This document shows positions 1 to 10,300 of a stretch of 64,000 bases of DNA, in pieces. Within the stretch, counting starts at the first letter, position 1. Every line of letters begins with the position of its first letter. Origin of the DNA: Candidatus Binatia bacterium (lineage in GTDB: Bacteria; Desulfobacterota; Binatia; HRBIN30). The position numbers and the translations under genes are program-made. The DNA lies in contig JBBRSP010000011.1 of NCBI GenBank assembly GCA_038245295.1, forward strand, positions 128,001 to 192,000, read 5' to 3'. The notes beneath the pieces are model-generated. The model was given only the letters and a program-made list of their open reading frames with translations. It did not search any database and was not told the origin of the DNA.

Positions 1-2
1 AT

Positions 3-473
3 AGTGAGGGTGGCGGACGTGTGGCGTTGCGCGGTGCCATCAAGGCGCCGACAGGCCGCGCCAGCGCGGTGATCGGCAGCGGCAAATGGGATTTCGGGCT
101 TGGGTTGGCGGCGGAAATGCCGGTGACCGAGTGGCTGGGCATCTACGGCAACGTTGGGCTCGTCTATCCGACAGGGCCCATCACGGCGGGTCGCCTCAGC
201 TTGAACCCGATCGTCACCGAAGGCTTCGCCCTCGAGGCTCTCCTGTTCTGGGGCGTTTCGGCGGTGTTGCAGCAAGAGTTTTACACCAGCCCGATTCACG
301 GCACCGGGACGCCGGTCCTCGACGGCAACGTCGTCGAGCTCGCCGCCGGCCTCAACTGGCGCTGTGACCAGTGGCTGGTGCAACTCGGCGGCGTCGATAA
401 CGTCAGCGGCGTCGCGCCGGCTGCCGATTTTAGCTTGTTGGCACGCCTGACCTGGACGATGCCGACTCCCTAG
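3..473 (+). CDS. C-terminal part of an outer-membrane beta-barrel-like protein (DUF3187/transporter-like), 5'-truncated by window edge
   Basis: Frame is open from position 3. Contains a K-A-P-T-G...GSG.WD.G.G motif and alternating amphipathic beta-strands ending in D(F)SLLARL. Confidence 0.55.
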   Translation, partial: SEGGGRVALRGAIKAPTGRASAVIGSGKWDFGLGLAAEMPVTEWLGIYGNVGLVYPTGPITAGRLSLNPIVTEGFALEALLFWGVSAVLQQEFYTSPIHGTGTPVLDGNVVELAAGLNWRCDQWLVQLGGVDNVSGVAPAADFSLLARLTWTMPTP

Positions 474-497
474 CGGCGGTTCGCGAACCGCTCCTAC
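470..497. repeat. GTAG-family REP-like palindrome (copy 1)
   Basis: ctagcggcggttcgcgaaccgctcctac, with palindromic core GCGGTTCGCGAACCGC. Near-identical copy at 41638..41664. Confidence 0.75.
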
Positions 498-1303
498 TTC
501 GTTGGTTTCCAGCCGACCAACGCGAAGCCGAACGGCTGGCTGAAACGCTGGTCGATGCGGATGAAACCGGCGTGCCGCAGGCAATCATAGATCTTGTCCG
601 GGCTGCGCAGAGCCGGATTGAAGCGGGCTCCGACGCCCTCCCATTGGACGGGACCCGCCATGACCTTAGTGATCGTCGTGCACACGAATGCGCCGCCCTT
701 AGAGAGGTGGTCGAAGGAGAGTTGCATCGTTTTACGAACCTCGTCATCACCTGCGAGCCAGGGGAAAAGATCGATCGCCAAGATGATGTCGGGATCGCGA
801 TTCGTCAGGTAGCTCGAATGGTCGGTGGCGTCGCCGACCGAAAAGGAAATGCCGTGCAGGCCTTCGCTGACGAGGAGATCGCGACCGTGCATGACCTGGC
901 GCGGATCGCGATCGTGACACGCCACGGCCAGATCCTCACCGCCGTGTTGGCGGACAATCTCGCGTAGATACGGTGCGGTACCGGAAGCGATATCCAACAG
1001 CATCGTCGGCAAGCCGCGGCCTCGACGCTGCGAGATCAACCCGAGGACGATCTCCCTGGTGCTTTGCCAGCGCTGCCGCATCGCATCCCAGGCGCTCATC
1101 TGCAAAAACTGTCGGTCGATCAGTCTGCCGATCGCGCTGCTTCCCTGTGGCAGATTGCGATAGGCATACTCGCAAACCGCTACCGATCGAGCCCCGTGCT
1201 CCGCCGTAAGCCGGAAGCCTTCCGAGTAGCGACCCAGGAGTCGAACCAGATTCTCGTTGACTGCCACCACAGGGCTGGGAACCGTAAAGTAGGTTGATGT
1301 CAT
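494..1303 (-). CDS. Class I SAM-dependent methyltransferase (stand-alone YnbC C-terminal / Methyltransf_20-like)
   Basis: Motif I LLDIASGTAPY, an acidic residue after beta2 (CHDRD), and GDA. YRNLPQGSSAIGRLID..FL...W..MRQR resembles the YnbC methyltransferase domain. ATG at 1303. Confidence 0.7.
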   Translation of the reverse strand: MTSTYFTVPSPVVAVNENLVRLLGRYSEGFRLTAEHGARSVAVCEYAYRNLPQGSSAIGRLIDRQFLQMSAWDAMRQRWQSTREIVLGLISQRRGRGLPTMLLDIASGTAPYLREIVRQHGGEDLAVACHDRDPRQVMHGRDLLVSEGLHGISFSVGDATDHSSYLTNRDPDIILAIDLFPWLAGDDEVRKTMQLSFDHLSKGGAFVCTTITKVMAGPVQWEGVGARFNPALRSPDKIYDCLRHAGFIRIDQRFSQPFGFALVGWKPTK

Positions 1304-1437
1304 TCGCAAGCGGAATTCTACCGGCCGGGCGTTCCGGTGCGCCGAACGGAGCAGCTGCCCTTCCCGTTCGCTGCCGCATCCGGTAGGACAAATTCCCCGG
1401 TGACACGTCCGTCCCGGCCCCAGGGAGGGTGCCCGAA

Positions 1438-2454
1438 ATGCCGATCCTGAATGCTGCTGACCTGACCTACACGAAGGTGCGAGCTCTCAATCCGAGCCGG
1501 ACGATTTGCTTCCAGCCCGTCAGCGCCCTCGAGGTTCACGGGCCGCATCTTCCCCTGGGAATGGATTTCTATATGGCCAAGTGGATGGCCGAGGAGACCG
1601 GCCGTCGCTTTGCCGAGGCGCACCCGGATTGGCTGGTAGTGCAGATGCCACCGTTGCCGCTCGGCACCGATGAGTTGCCCCTTGCCGGGTCGATGGACGC
1701 GTCACAGCGCACCGTCTACGGCGCGCTGATGTCGCACGGCAAATCCATGGTGCGAGCCGGTTATCGTTACATCGTCTTGACCAACGGCCACGGCGGTCCG
1801 CGCCACGCCTCGGCGCTTGAGCGCGCCTGTCAGCAGATTAGCAAGCGTCACGGCATCAGCATGTTCACGCCGTCGGTCCTTGCCTTGCATCGTATCATCA
1901 CCGGGCAACGCTTCGACGTGGTCGAACAACTTCTGGGACGCCAGCTCTCCGAACATGAAAAACATGGCCTGACGCACGGCGAGCACGCCGGCAGTTGGGA
2001 GACGTCCTTCATGCTGGCGCAGAATCCTGAGCTTGTCGAAAGCAACTACGGTGAGCTCAAGCAGGATCAGCCGCCGGTGTTCGCGCCGCTGGCCAACGTC
2101 GGCGAACGCCTTGCCGCCTGGCGCGAACGCCGTGGCACCGACGCGTCGAAGATTCGTGAAGCGTTCGAGGGCATTTCGGGTGGCATCGGTTGGCTGCTCA
2201 ATGCCCGTTACGGTTACGGCGGCCCCCAAGTGACCTACAAAGGCGATCCGTCGATTGCGACCGCCGAGATCGGCAACGCGTTCCGCGAAGTCATGGTGCG
2301 CGAGTGCCTGGAGATGGTCGAGGACGTGACCACGGGCCGGGCGCGCGCGATCGACATCCGCAGCATTGCCTCCGACCACTTTGCCATCCAGCCGAACTTT
2401 GGACTGAAGCTGGGCCTGGCCGCCGCCGCGTTGTTGGCATTGCTTGTTCTCTGA
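1438..2454 (+). CDS. Creatininase/creatinine amidohydrolase family protein
   Basis: LEVHGPHLPLGMD, NGHGG and HAGxWETS motifs; hydrophobic C-terminal tail. Confidence 0.88.
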   Translation: MPILNAADLTYTKVRALNPSRTICFQPVSALEVHGPHLPLGMDFYMAKWMAEETGRRFAEAHPDWLVVQMPPLPLGTDELPLAGSMDASQRTVYGALMSHGKSMVRAGYRYIVLTNGHGGPRHASALERACQQISKRHGISMFTPSVLALHRIITGQRFDVVEQLLGRQLSEHEKHGLTHGEHAGSWETSFMLAQNPELVESNYGELKQDQPPVFAPLANVGERLAAWRERRGTDASKIREAFEGISGGIGWLLNARYGYGGPQVTYKGDPSIATAEIGNAFREVMVRECLEMVEDVTTGRARAIDIRSIASDHFAIQPNFGLKLGLAAAALLALLVL

Positions 2455-2455
2455 G

Positions 2456-2517
2456 GTCGCTGCAGTCCTTGGCGTCGTTGGAATGACGACCAAAAAGACT
2501 GCAGCGACTGCAGCGAC
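2456..2517. terminator. Inverted repeat between convergent genes (possible bidirectional terminator)
   Basis: GTCGCTGCAGTC (2456-2467) pairs with GACTGCAGCGAC (2497-2508, repeated at 2506-2517). Confidence 0.5.
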
Positions 2518-2526
2518 AGAATTCCT

Positions 2527-3366
2527 CTAGCGGTTCAAGAACACCGGGCAGCTCGAATTGCGCAGCACATACTCGGTGGTGCTCCCCAAAACCATTTCGA
2601 TGATGCGCCCGTGCCCGTAGGCGCCAATGAACAACATGTCATGGTTCTGTTCACGGAGGTAATTCGCGATGCGTTCGGGTGCATTGCCGGTTTGCTGCAA
2701 TTCGTATTCGATGTTGAGGTCGTAGGCGCGCAGATAGGATTTTGCTTCGTCGAGTGTGCGTTTGCCGACGATGTCGTCGCGATTCACCGTGAGAACCGTC
2801 AGCGGCAGGGAGAGCGCGGCACAGAAGTCGGCGGCGCGTTGCATGGCCGCGGCGGCCCGATGGCTGCCGTCGTAGGCCAACAGCGGGCGCGTTACTTCGT
2901 GGAACGTTGCCGGGCACACCAGGACAGGCTTGGGTGATTTGCGCGTGACGCTCTCGGCCGTGCTGCCGAGCAGGCCGGTCGAAAACTTTTCGTTGACGCC
3001 GCGATTGCCGATGACCAGAAGGTCGGCGGTCTTGGCACGTTCCGCGAGTTCGTTGGGCACGACCCCGGTCGCCGAGATGGTCTCGTGTTTCACGCCGGCC
3101 GCTGCGGCGCTGGTGCCAAACTCTTCGAGGATCACGTTGGCGCGATCACGCAGGACCTCACGCATTTTCGACGCGAAATCGAGGTACGGCTCGAAGCCAA
3201 GCGAGCCGGAAATGTCGTGCACGAACGAACCTTCGATGGCGATCACGTCGATGACATGCAGCCCGACGACGAAGGCCTTGAGTTGCTGCCCAAGGTAGAT
3301 GGCGTACCGACTCGCGGCCATGGAGTGCTCCGAACCGTCGAGGCCAACGAGTACTGTCTTGATCAT
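2527..3366 (-). CDS. Universal stress protein (tandem Usp domains)
   Basis: First domain: IKTVLVGLDGS, DLLVIGNRG...LLGSTAESV. Second domain: LLAYDGS...GAYG...LGSTTEYVL. Confidence 0.93.
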   Translation of the reverse strand: MIKTVLVGLDGSEHSMAASRYAIYLGQQLKAFVVGLHVIDVIAIEGSFVHDISGSLGFEPYLDFASKMREVLRDRANVILEEFGTSAAAAGVKHETISATGVVPNELAERAKTADLLVIGNRGVNEKFSTGLLGSTAESVTRKSPKPVLVCPATFHEVTRPLLAYDGSHRAAAAMQRAADFCAALSLPLTVLTVNRDDIVGKRTLDEAKSYLRAYDLNIEYELQQTGNAPERIANYLREQNHDMLFIGAYGHGRIIEMVLGSTTEYVLRNSSCPVFLNR

Positions 3367-3485
3367 GCTTGCCTTCTACGGCCGTCAGTTCCTCAGGGCA
3401 AGGGTGCTGTGTTGATTCGTGGCGCCCGATCCCTCCATCGCGAGGTAGGGTTGCTCTGGCTCGAACTTGTGAGTAAGGAAGCGAC

Positions 3486-3809
3486 GTGAGTCGATCCGCA
3501 GAAAAAACACCGACGGCCCTGCGCGGCGAGATGGCATTGCTTGACGAGTTGAAGCGGGCAGCGACCCAGGTCGGCTTTGCCGTGCGTGAAGAGAAGTTAT
3601 TGCGTGATGTTGGCTACCGGGTGCGCAGCGGCGCGTGCCGCCTGCGCGACGCGCAGTTGATCATCCTGGATCGCAGCCTGCCGCCGGCCGCGCAGATCGA
3701 CATCCTGGCAGAACAGCTTTCCGGCCGCGCTTTGGACGACCTCTACCTTTCTCCGGCGGCGCGCAAGTTGGTTGATCGGCGCGGGCAACCGGACGACGCC
3801 GCTGCGTAG
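3486..3809 (+). CDS. Hypothetical protein
   Basis: 107-aa ORF with an SD-like AAGGA, upstream of and co-oriented with fur; SGACRL...IILD...LDDLYLSP pattern. Confidence 0.65.
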   Translation: MSRSAEKTPTALRGEMALLDELKRAATQVGFAVREEKLLRDVGYRVRSGACRLRDAQLIILDRSLPPAAQIDILAEQLSGRALDDLYLSPAARKLVDRRGQPDDAAA

Positions 3810-3852
3810 CCCGAGCGCTCGCACGGCGAGCGTCCCGGCCGAGGTGTGGAGC

Positions 3853-4299
3853 ATGCGGTCTTCACCCAATCCAAAATTGGATCGTTTCACGATTTTCAAA
3901 GAGCACCTGAAACAGCAGGGGCTGAAATCGACGGCGCAGCGTGATGACATCACCCACGTCTTCTTCGAGAGCAAACGCCACATCAGCGTCGACGAACTCT
4001 ACCGCGCCGTACGCGAGGTGAACCCGCACATCGGTTACGCAACGGTGTATCGCACCATGAAGTTGCTCACCGAGTGCGGCCTGGCCGCCGAACGCCACTT
4101 CCGCGATGGCGAGGCGCGCTACGAAATTGCCGAGTCGGCTCATCACGACCACATGATCTGTGAGCGCTGCGGGACGATCGTCGAGTTCGAAGAGGAAGCG
4201 ATCGAGGCTCTGCAGGCGAAGGTGGCCGCCCGCCTCGGCTTCCGCTTCACCGGGCACAAGATGGAGCTCTACGGCGTGTGCCGAAAGTGCCAGCGCTAG
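3853..4299 (+). CDS. fur: Fur family transcriptional regulator
   Basis: LKSTAQR, HISVDELY, ATVYRT, HHDHMICERC, F..TGH.MELYGVCRKC. ATG at 3853 follows GAGG/GGAG. Confidence 0.92.
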   Translation: MRSSPNPKLDRFTIFKEHLKQQGLKSTAQRDDITHVFFESKRHISVDELYRAVREVNPHIGYATVYRTMKLLTECGLAAERHFRDGEARYEIAESAHHDHMICERCGTIVEFEEEAIEALQAKVAARLGFRFTGHKMELYGVCRKCQR

Positions 4300-5771
4300 G
4301 CGCGGCTCGCCGCGCCTGCCTGACGGGATCGCTTTACCGTTTCGAATGCGGCCAACGCCCGTTGACGTGCCACGGCATGGTCGACGATCGGTTGCGGATA
4401 ATCGACGCCGAGGACTACGCCTGCGGCCTTCAAGACCTCCGCCGGCGCTTCCCAGGGTCGATGGATCCATTCCACCGGCAGCTTGGCCAACTCAGGCACC
4501 CAGCGCGCGACATAGTTTCCGTGGGGATCGAACTTGATCCCCTGGCTGATGGGATTGAATACCCGGAAGTAAGGGGCTGCATCGGCGCCGCAGCCGGCGG
4601 TCCATTGCCAACCCAACGTGTTGTTCGCCAGGTCAGCATCTACCAACGTATCCCAGAACCACGCGGCGCCGCGCTGCCATGGTACCAGCAGGTCCTTGAT
4701 GAGAAACGACGCGGCGATCATGCGCACGCGGTTGTGCATCCAGCCGGTCTCCCACAACTCGCGCATCCCGGCATCGACGATTGGAAAGCCGGTGCGGCCG
4801 CGCTGCCAGGCTCGTAAGCCGGTGGCATCATCGATCCAGGGGAAAGCGGCGAAGTCGCGCCGCAGAGGTTGCTCGGTCGTCTGCGGAAAGTGAAACAATA
4901 GATGATGCGCGAATTCGCGCCAGCCAATCTCGCGTAGGTAGGTTTCTGTGCCGGCGGCGGCGCCGGGCCGGTTGTCCATCTCCCCCTGTTGCTGGATTCG
5001 TGCCCAGATCTGTCGCGGACCGATTTCGCCAAAATGCAGGTGCGCCGACAGGCGCGAGCTTCCAGATCGATCGGGTCGGTTGCGGTCCTCGGGGTAGGCT
5101 GCCAGAGCCGAGTCGGCGAACTCAGCCAGTTGTGCTAGCGCGCCGGCTTCGCCCGGTGTCCACTGGTCGCGCATGCCTTTGGCCCAATCCAGCCGCGGCT
5201 CGAGGGCGCAGTCCGCGAGATCATCACTGCGCGGCCAATGGGGTGGCGTCGCCAATGTGTCGGGTGCGTCGCTTGGCGCCGCCGGACTGCCGGCATTCAG
5301 TATAGCCCGCCAAAACGGGGTGAAGACTTGATAGGGCGTTCCGGTCTTCGTCTTCAGGGCCCACGGTTCGACCAGCAACGAGGCGTTGAAAGATGCGGCC
5401 GCCAGTCCGTGTGCCTTGAGCTCCGCCTTGACCAGGCTGTCACGCTCAATCACCGACGGTTCGTAACGCCGATTCCAGACGATCCCCTCCGCTTGCGATT
5501 CGCCGGCGACCTCAAGAAGAGCCGGTAGCGTCGGGCCACAGCGGATGATCAAACGCGAGCCGAGTTTGCCGAGCGCACTTGCCAGGGCGGCGAGACTCTG
5601 GTGCAACCACCACCGGCTGGCGCCCCCGGGTGGCCAGGCTTGTTCCTCGTCGGGGCACCAGATGTACAGCGGTACCACAGCGCGTTGCGACTCGATCGCC
5701 GCCTGAAGGGCCGGGTTATCTGTCAGGCGAAGGTCTTTTCGAAACCAAACGATCGTGGTGCCGGTGCTCAT
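4296..5771 (-). CDS. phrB: Deoxyribodipyrimidine photolyase (class I CPD photolyase family)
   Basis: IVWFRKDLRLTDNPAL, SRLSAHLHFGEIGPR, WREF, GRTGFPIVDAGMRELWETGWMHNRVRM, NNTLGWQW, APYFRVFNP. Start set at ATG 5771. Confidence 0.96.
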   Translation of the reverse strand: MSTGTTIVWFRKDLRLTDNPALQAAIESQRAVVPLYIWCPDEEQAWPPGGASRWWLHQSLAALASALGKLGSRLIIRCGPTLPALLEVAGESQAEGIVWNRRYEPSVIERDSLVKAELKAHGLAAASFNASLLVEPWALKTKTGTPYQVFTPFWRAILNAGSPAAPSDAPDTLATPPHWPRSDDLADCALEPRLDWAKGMRDQWTPGEAGALAQLAEFADSALAAYPEDRNRPDRSGSSRLSAHLHFGEIGPRQIWARIQQQGEMDNRPGAAAGTETYLREIGWREFAHHLLFHFPQTTEQPLRRDFAAFPWIDDATGLRAWQRGRTGFPIVDAGMRELWETGWMHNRVRMIAASFLIKDLLVPWQRGAAWFWDTLVDADLANNTLGWQWTAGCGADAAPYFRVFNPISQGIKFDPHGNYVARWVPELAKLPVEWIHRPWEAPAEVLKAAGVVLGVDYPQPIVDHAVARQRALAAFETVKRSRQAGAASRA

Positions 5772-5912
5772 GGTGGGCGTGACTATATCGTTGCGGCGCG
5801 ACGAGCCAACCCGGCCGTGTCTCGATGAGACACGCCGAGGCCCCCCCCGACAGCCTCGGGGCAACGCCGGATTTCGGTTGCAAAGTCGTGATTCATCCGC
5901 GTAATTAGCCGC

Positions 5913-7322
5913 GTGGGGGAACAAACCCGATGGTCGCGGAGCGACTACTCGACGCCGCTTAGCCACCTTTGGTGGTTCGCGGTCGCGATATTGCTCGGTT
6001 TGGCGCCGGAACTTGCGGTCGCAGCCGTGTTCAGGACCCCCGTGTCGGTGCGTGTCGACGGAATCTCGTTGAGCCTGTTGAGTGGTCAATTTAACGACGA
6101 TCCGGCCGTTGATCTGGTGTCGTTGACCGACGTCGGCAACGATGGACCGTCGCTTTCTGTTCTGCTCAATCGTGGCGACGGTACGTTTACCGCCGTGCGT
6201 CCGGTCGTTCTCGATCCGACGCGCTTCATTACCCAAGCCCTGGCTGCTGGGGACCTCGACGGTGACGCGCTGTCGGACGTCGCTGTGGCTGTAACCGATC
6301 TGAGCGCCCCTGGTTTTGCGAGTGCCATCGTCGTTTACACCGGCGCCGGCGAGGGCCGCCTCGTCGATCCGGTTGTGGTCGACGCTTCCGGCGGACAGTT
6401 CCCCAGCGCTCTCGGCATCGGCGACATTAACGGTGATCAGATTGCCGACCTTATCTTGTGCGATAGCCAGGTGCAGACCGGCAACGGTCGCGTGCTCCTT
6501 TTCCCTGGGCAACACACGGCGAACGGCTCGACGTTCGGGACGCCCACACCGGTTATTACCGGCAGCTTGCTCAACCAGGTCGTGGTCACCGATCTCGACG
6601 GGGACGGCCGCACGGATATCCTGCTCATGGATTCCGCCGAGGGTCGCCTGATCGGTCTCTATGGTGCGGCCAGCGGGCAGTGGGCCCCGGTGACGTTGGC
6701 GCCGTTCGACCTGCCCACGACCATCGTGACCACCAATGCCAACAAGGACGACCGCCTAGATGTGGTCGCTGTCTCTGAGCAGAGCGGGCAGATCACCCCC
6801 TTCCTGCAGCCTGAGAGGCGGCAATTCATAGCCGGCGTTTCGCCCAGTGATCCCAATGGGTTCGGCTCGATTGGTACGGCCGACTTCGATGGCGATGGGC
6901 GAGCCGACCTGGTTGCCACCAGCCGAGCCGGGGACGCCGTCCTCGTCTTGCGCGGCGACGGGCTCGGGTCCTTCTTTGGCTTCGATTCCACCGATATCGA
7001 CGGTCCGGTCGACCAGATCACCGTCGCTGATCTGAACGGCGATTTTCGCCCCGATATCGCCTTGACGCGAAGCGAGGATGAAGCGATCAGCATTTTGCTC
7101 AATGTGCTGCCGGCGCCGCCGACGATGACCCCAACGCCGCAAGCGACGGCAACACCGACGGTCGCCGTGGAAGGCGATGCCAATTGCGATGGCCATGTCG
7201 ACCGCATGGATCTTGCGGCGTTGGTGGTCAGACTGTTCAACGCCGGTTGTGCGCTTGCCGACGTGAATCAAGACGGGCGGGTCACAGCTGCTGATTTGGT
7301 TAGATTTAAATGGTTCCTATAG
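5913..7322 (+). CDS. Secreted FG-GAP/VCBS repeat beta-propeller protein with Thr/Pro linker and C-terminal dockerin-like domain
   Basis: Signal-like hydrophobic N-terminus, about 7 D(L/F)xGDGxxD repeats, PTMTPTP linker, and GDANCDGHVDRMDL...ADVNQDGRVTAADL. Confidence 0.85.
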   Translation: MGEQTRWSRSDYSTPLSHLWWFAVAILLGLAPELAVAAVFRTPVSVRVDGISLSLLSGQFNDDPAVDLVSLTDVGNDGPSLSVLLNRGDGTFTAVRPVVLDPTRFITQALAAGDLDGDALSDVAVAVTDLSAPGFASAIVVYTGAGEGRLVDPVVVDASGGQFPSALGIGDINGDQIADLILCDSQVQTGNGRVLLFPGQHTANGSTFGTPTPVITGSLLNQVVVTDLDGDGRTDILLMDSAEGRLIGLYGAASGQWAPVTLAPFDLPTTIVTTNANKDDRLDVVAVSEQSGQITPFLQPERRQFIAGVSPSDPNGFGSIGTADFDGDGRADLVATSRAGDAVLVLRGDGLGSFFGFDSTDIDGPVDQITVADLNGDFRPDIALTRSEDEAISILLNVLPAPPTMTPTPQATATPTVAVEGDANCDGHVDRMDLAALVVRLFNAGCALADVNQDGRVTAADLVRFKWFL

Positions 7323-7333
7323 GTTAGAAGGCC

Positions 7334-10300
7334 ATGGTAAGGAGCGTTCCCGTGCAATACGAAAAACTGAGATGGTGGTTGTTAGGGCTCGTCGCGATTG
7401 TTGTGGTGCCGGCTATGGCGGCGGCGCAGAGTGCCGATCTTGGAATCACCAAGAGCGACGGTCTGGTCAACGCTATCCCCGGCAACGCAATCATCTATAC
7501 GATTGTCGCGTCGAACGCCGGCCCTGACCCGGTCGTTGGCGCGACCGTTACCGATGCCTTTCCCGTCGCTCTCGGTTTGGTCAGCTGGACCTGTGCTGCG
7601 TCGGCAGGATCGAGCTGCACCGGTGTCGGCGCGGGTGATATCAATGACAACGCCGCCAATCTGCTGGTCGGTGGTACCGCCACGTACACCGTCAACGCGA
7701 CCATCAACGGCTCAGCCACGGGAATCCTCAGTAATACGGCTTCGATTGCGCCCCCGGCGTTGACGACGGATCCAGGCCCAACGGCCAACAGTGCAACGGA
7801 TACGGACAACCTCACACCAACGGCGAATCTTTCGATTTTCAATACCGACGGCGCCATCAACGAAATCCCCGGCACGGGCATCACCTACACCAGCACCGTC
7901 GGCAACGCCGGTCCCAGTAATGTCACCGGAGCAACCGTCACGGACAATTTCCCGGCGGCGCTCACCGGCGTTACGTGGACTTGCAGCGCTAGCGTCGGTT
8001 CGTCCTGCACCTTGGCCAATGCGGGACCGATCTCCGATCCGGTCAACATCCTCTCCGGCGGTACCCTAACCTACACTGTAAACGCGACCATCAGCGCCGC
8101 CGCTACGGGTAACCTCGTCAACACCGCGACGGTTGTGGTGCCCGGCGGCGTTACCGACCCGGCCGGCGCCAATAATTCTTCCACTGACACCGACGCGCTG
8201 CACCCAGAGGGAGATCTCACCATCACGAAGACCGACGGCTCGGCCACGGCGATCCCCGGCACCGCGATTGTCTACACGATCACCGTCGGGAACAACGGCC
8301 CCAGCAACATCACCAATGCCGTCGTACAGGATATCTTCCCGGCCACGTTGACCTCGCCCACTTGGACCTGTGTTGCGGGCGGCGGTGGTAGCTGCGGCGC
8401 CGCCATGGGCGCCGGGAATATCTCGACAACGGCCACCCTGCCGGTTGGAGCCACTGCGGTATACACGGTGAACGCAACCATCAGCCCGGCCGCCACCGGG
8501 ATGCTCACCAATGTCGCCAGCATCGCGACCCCGGGAGGTTCGAGCGACCCGACTCCGGCGAATAACGTCGCTGTCGATACGGACACCCTGCAGCCTCAAG
8601 CTGACATCACCATTGTGAAGACCGATGGCCAGGCGACGGAAGTCCCCGGCACGACGGTCGTCTACACGGTCACGGTCGGCAACAGCGGACCGAGTAACGC
8701 CAGCGGTGCCATCGTGACGGATGCGTTCCCGGCGATCATGCAGGCGCCGATCAATTGGACCTGTGCGACGGCCGGCGGTGCGTCCTGCACCGCCGCGGGC
8801 ATGGGGAACATCAACGATGTCGTCAACGTGCCCGTTGGTGGTACCGCCACCTACACGGTCACGGCGACGATCAACGCGGCGGCGACGGGTGTCATTTCCA
8901 ACACCGCCTCGGTGACTCCACCGGGCGGCGTTACCGACCCGAACATGGCCAACAACAGCTCGACCGACACGGATACGCTGACCCCGCAAGCCAATCTGTC
9001 GATCACCAAGACCGACGGCTTCCTTACCGCCGTGCCGGGAACAGCAATTGTCTACACAATCAGCGTGACCAACCTTGGTCCGAGCACGGCCCCGAACTCC
9101 CTCGTGGCGGATACGTTCCCGGCGGCTCTGAGCGGCGTCACCTGGACCTGCCTCGCCAGTGGTGGCTCAACCTGCGGCGCCGGCGGCGCCGGCAATATTG
9201 CCGACACGGCCAATCTTTTGGTCGGCGGTGTGGCTAACTACACCGTCAATGCGACCATCTCGGCGGCTGCCACGGGTATGCTCTCGAACAACGCTTCGGT
9301 CACTCCCGGACCTGGAATCACCGACACCAATCTGTTGAACAACAGCTCGACCGATACGGATACCCTGACTCCGCAGGCCGATATGGGGGTCACCAAAACC
9401 GACGGCGTGGCAAGTGTGGTTCCCGGTTTGACGACGACCTATACGATCACGGTCACCAATACCGGCCCGAGCAATTCGGTGAATGCGACAGTCCAGGACC
9501 TCTTCCCGGCGGCCGTCTCATCGACGACATGGACGTGCTCAGCGTCGGCTGGGTCGACGTGTACCGGAGCCGGCGTCGGCAACATCAACGACGTAGTCAA
9601 CGTGTTGGTCGGTGGAACACTGACCTATTCGGTGATTGCCAACGTTGATCCGTGTGCAACCGGCCTTCTCACCAACACCGCCACCGTGGCGGACGCCGGC
9701 GGTACCACCGACACCAATGGTACCAACAATGCGGCTTCGGACGTGGATTCGCTGACGCCGCAAGTGGATCTGACGACTACGAAGGTCGACATCAAGGATC
9801 CGCAGTACGTCTGCCGCGAGATCACCTACACGATTACAGTGCAGAACAACGGCCCGTCGTGCGCCACGAACGTCGTCCTCGAAGACTTCGCGCCAACCGA
9901 CACGACATTCGTCACCTCGGTTCCCGCGAGCTGCGTCAACGTGGTCGATACCACCACGTGTAATCTCGGTACGCTCGCCCCCGGTGGCAGCTCGGTGGTG
10001 ACGATCGTCGTCAACGTCGACTTCGCGGCGAAGGGCACGGTGGTCACGAACACGGCCGTCGCCAGCTCCGATCCTACGGAAACCAACCTCGCCGACAACA
10101 CTGGAACGGCGGATACGCGCATCCGCAAGGACGACCCGTATCTGTTCTTCTTGCTGGTGGCTCCCAAGAACCTGCGTATCGATAAGGTCATCGACCAGGT
10201 CTATCGCATCAAGGTTCGCAGCCTGTGCGAACCGTACATCACGACGACCAACGTCACGGTCGACCAGACCATCCCGTCGGAAGTCGACGTTCTGTCGACC

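Noticed and set aside
1438..2454. Creatininase as mycofactocin peptidase MftE
   Set aside because: No mftA/B/C/D/F-like genes are nearby; only the family-level call is supported.
5772..6515. N-terminal extension of the 739-aa photolyase ORF
   Set aside because: It is antisense to the FG-GAP gene; photolyase homology begins at ATG 5771.
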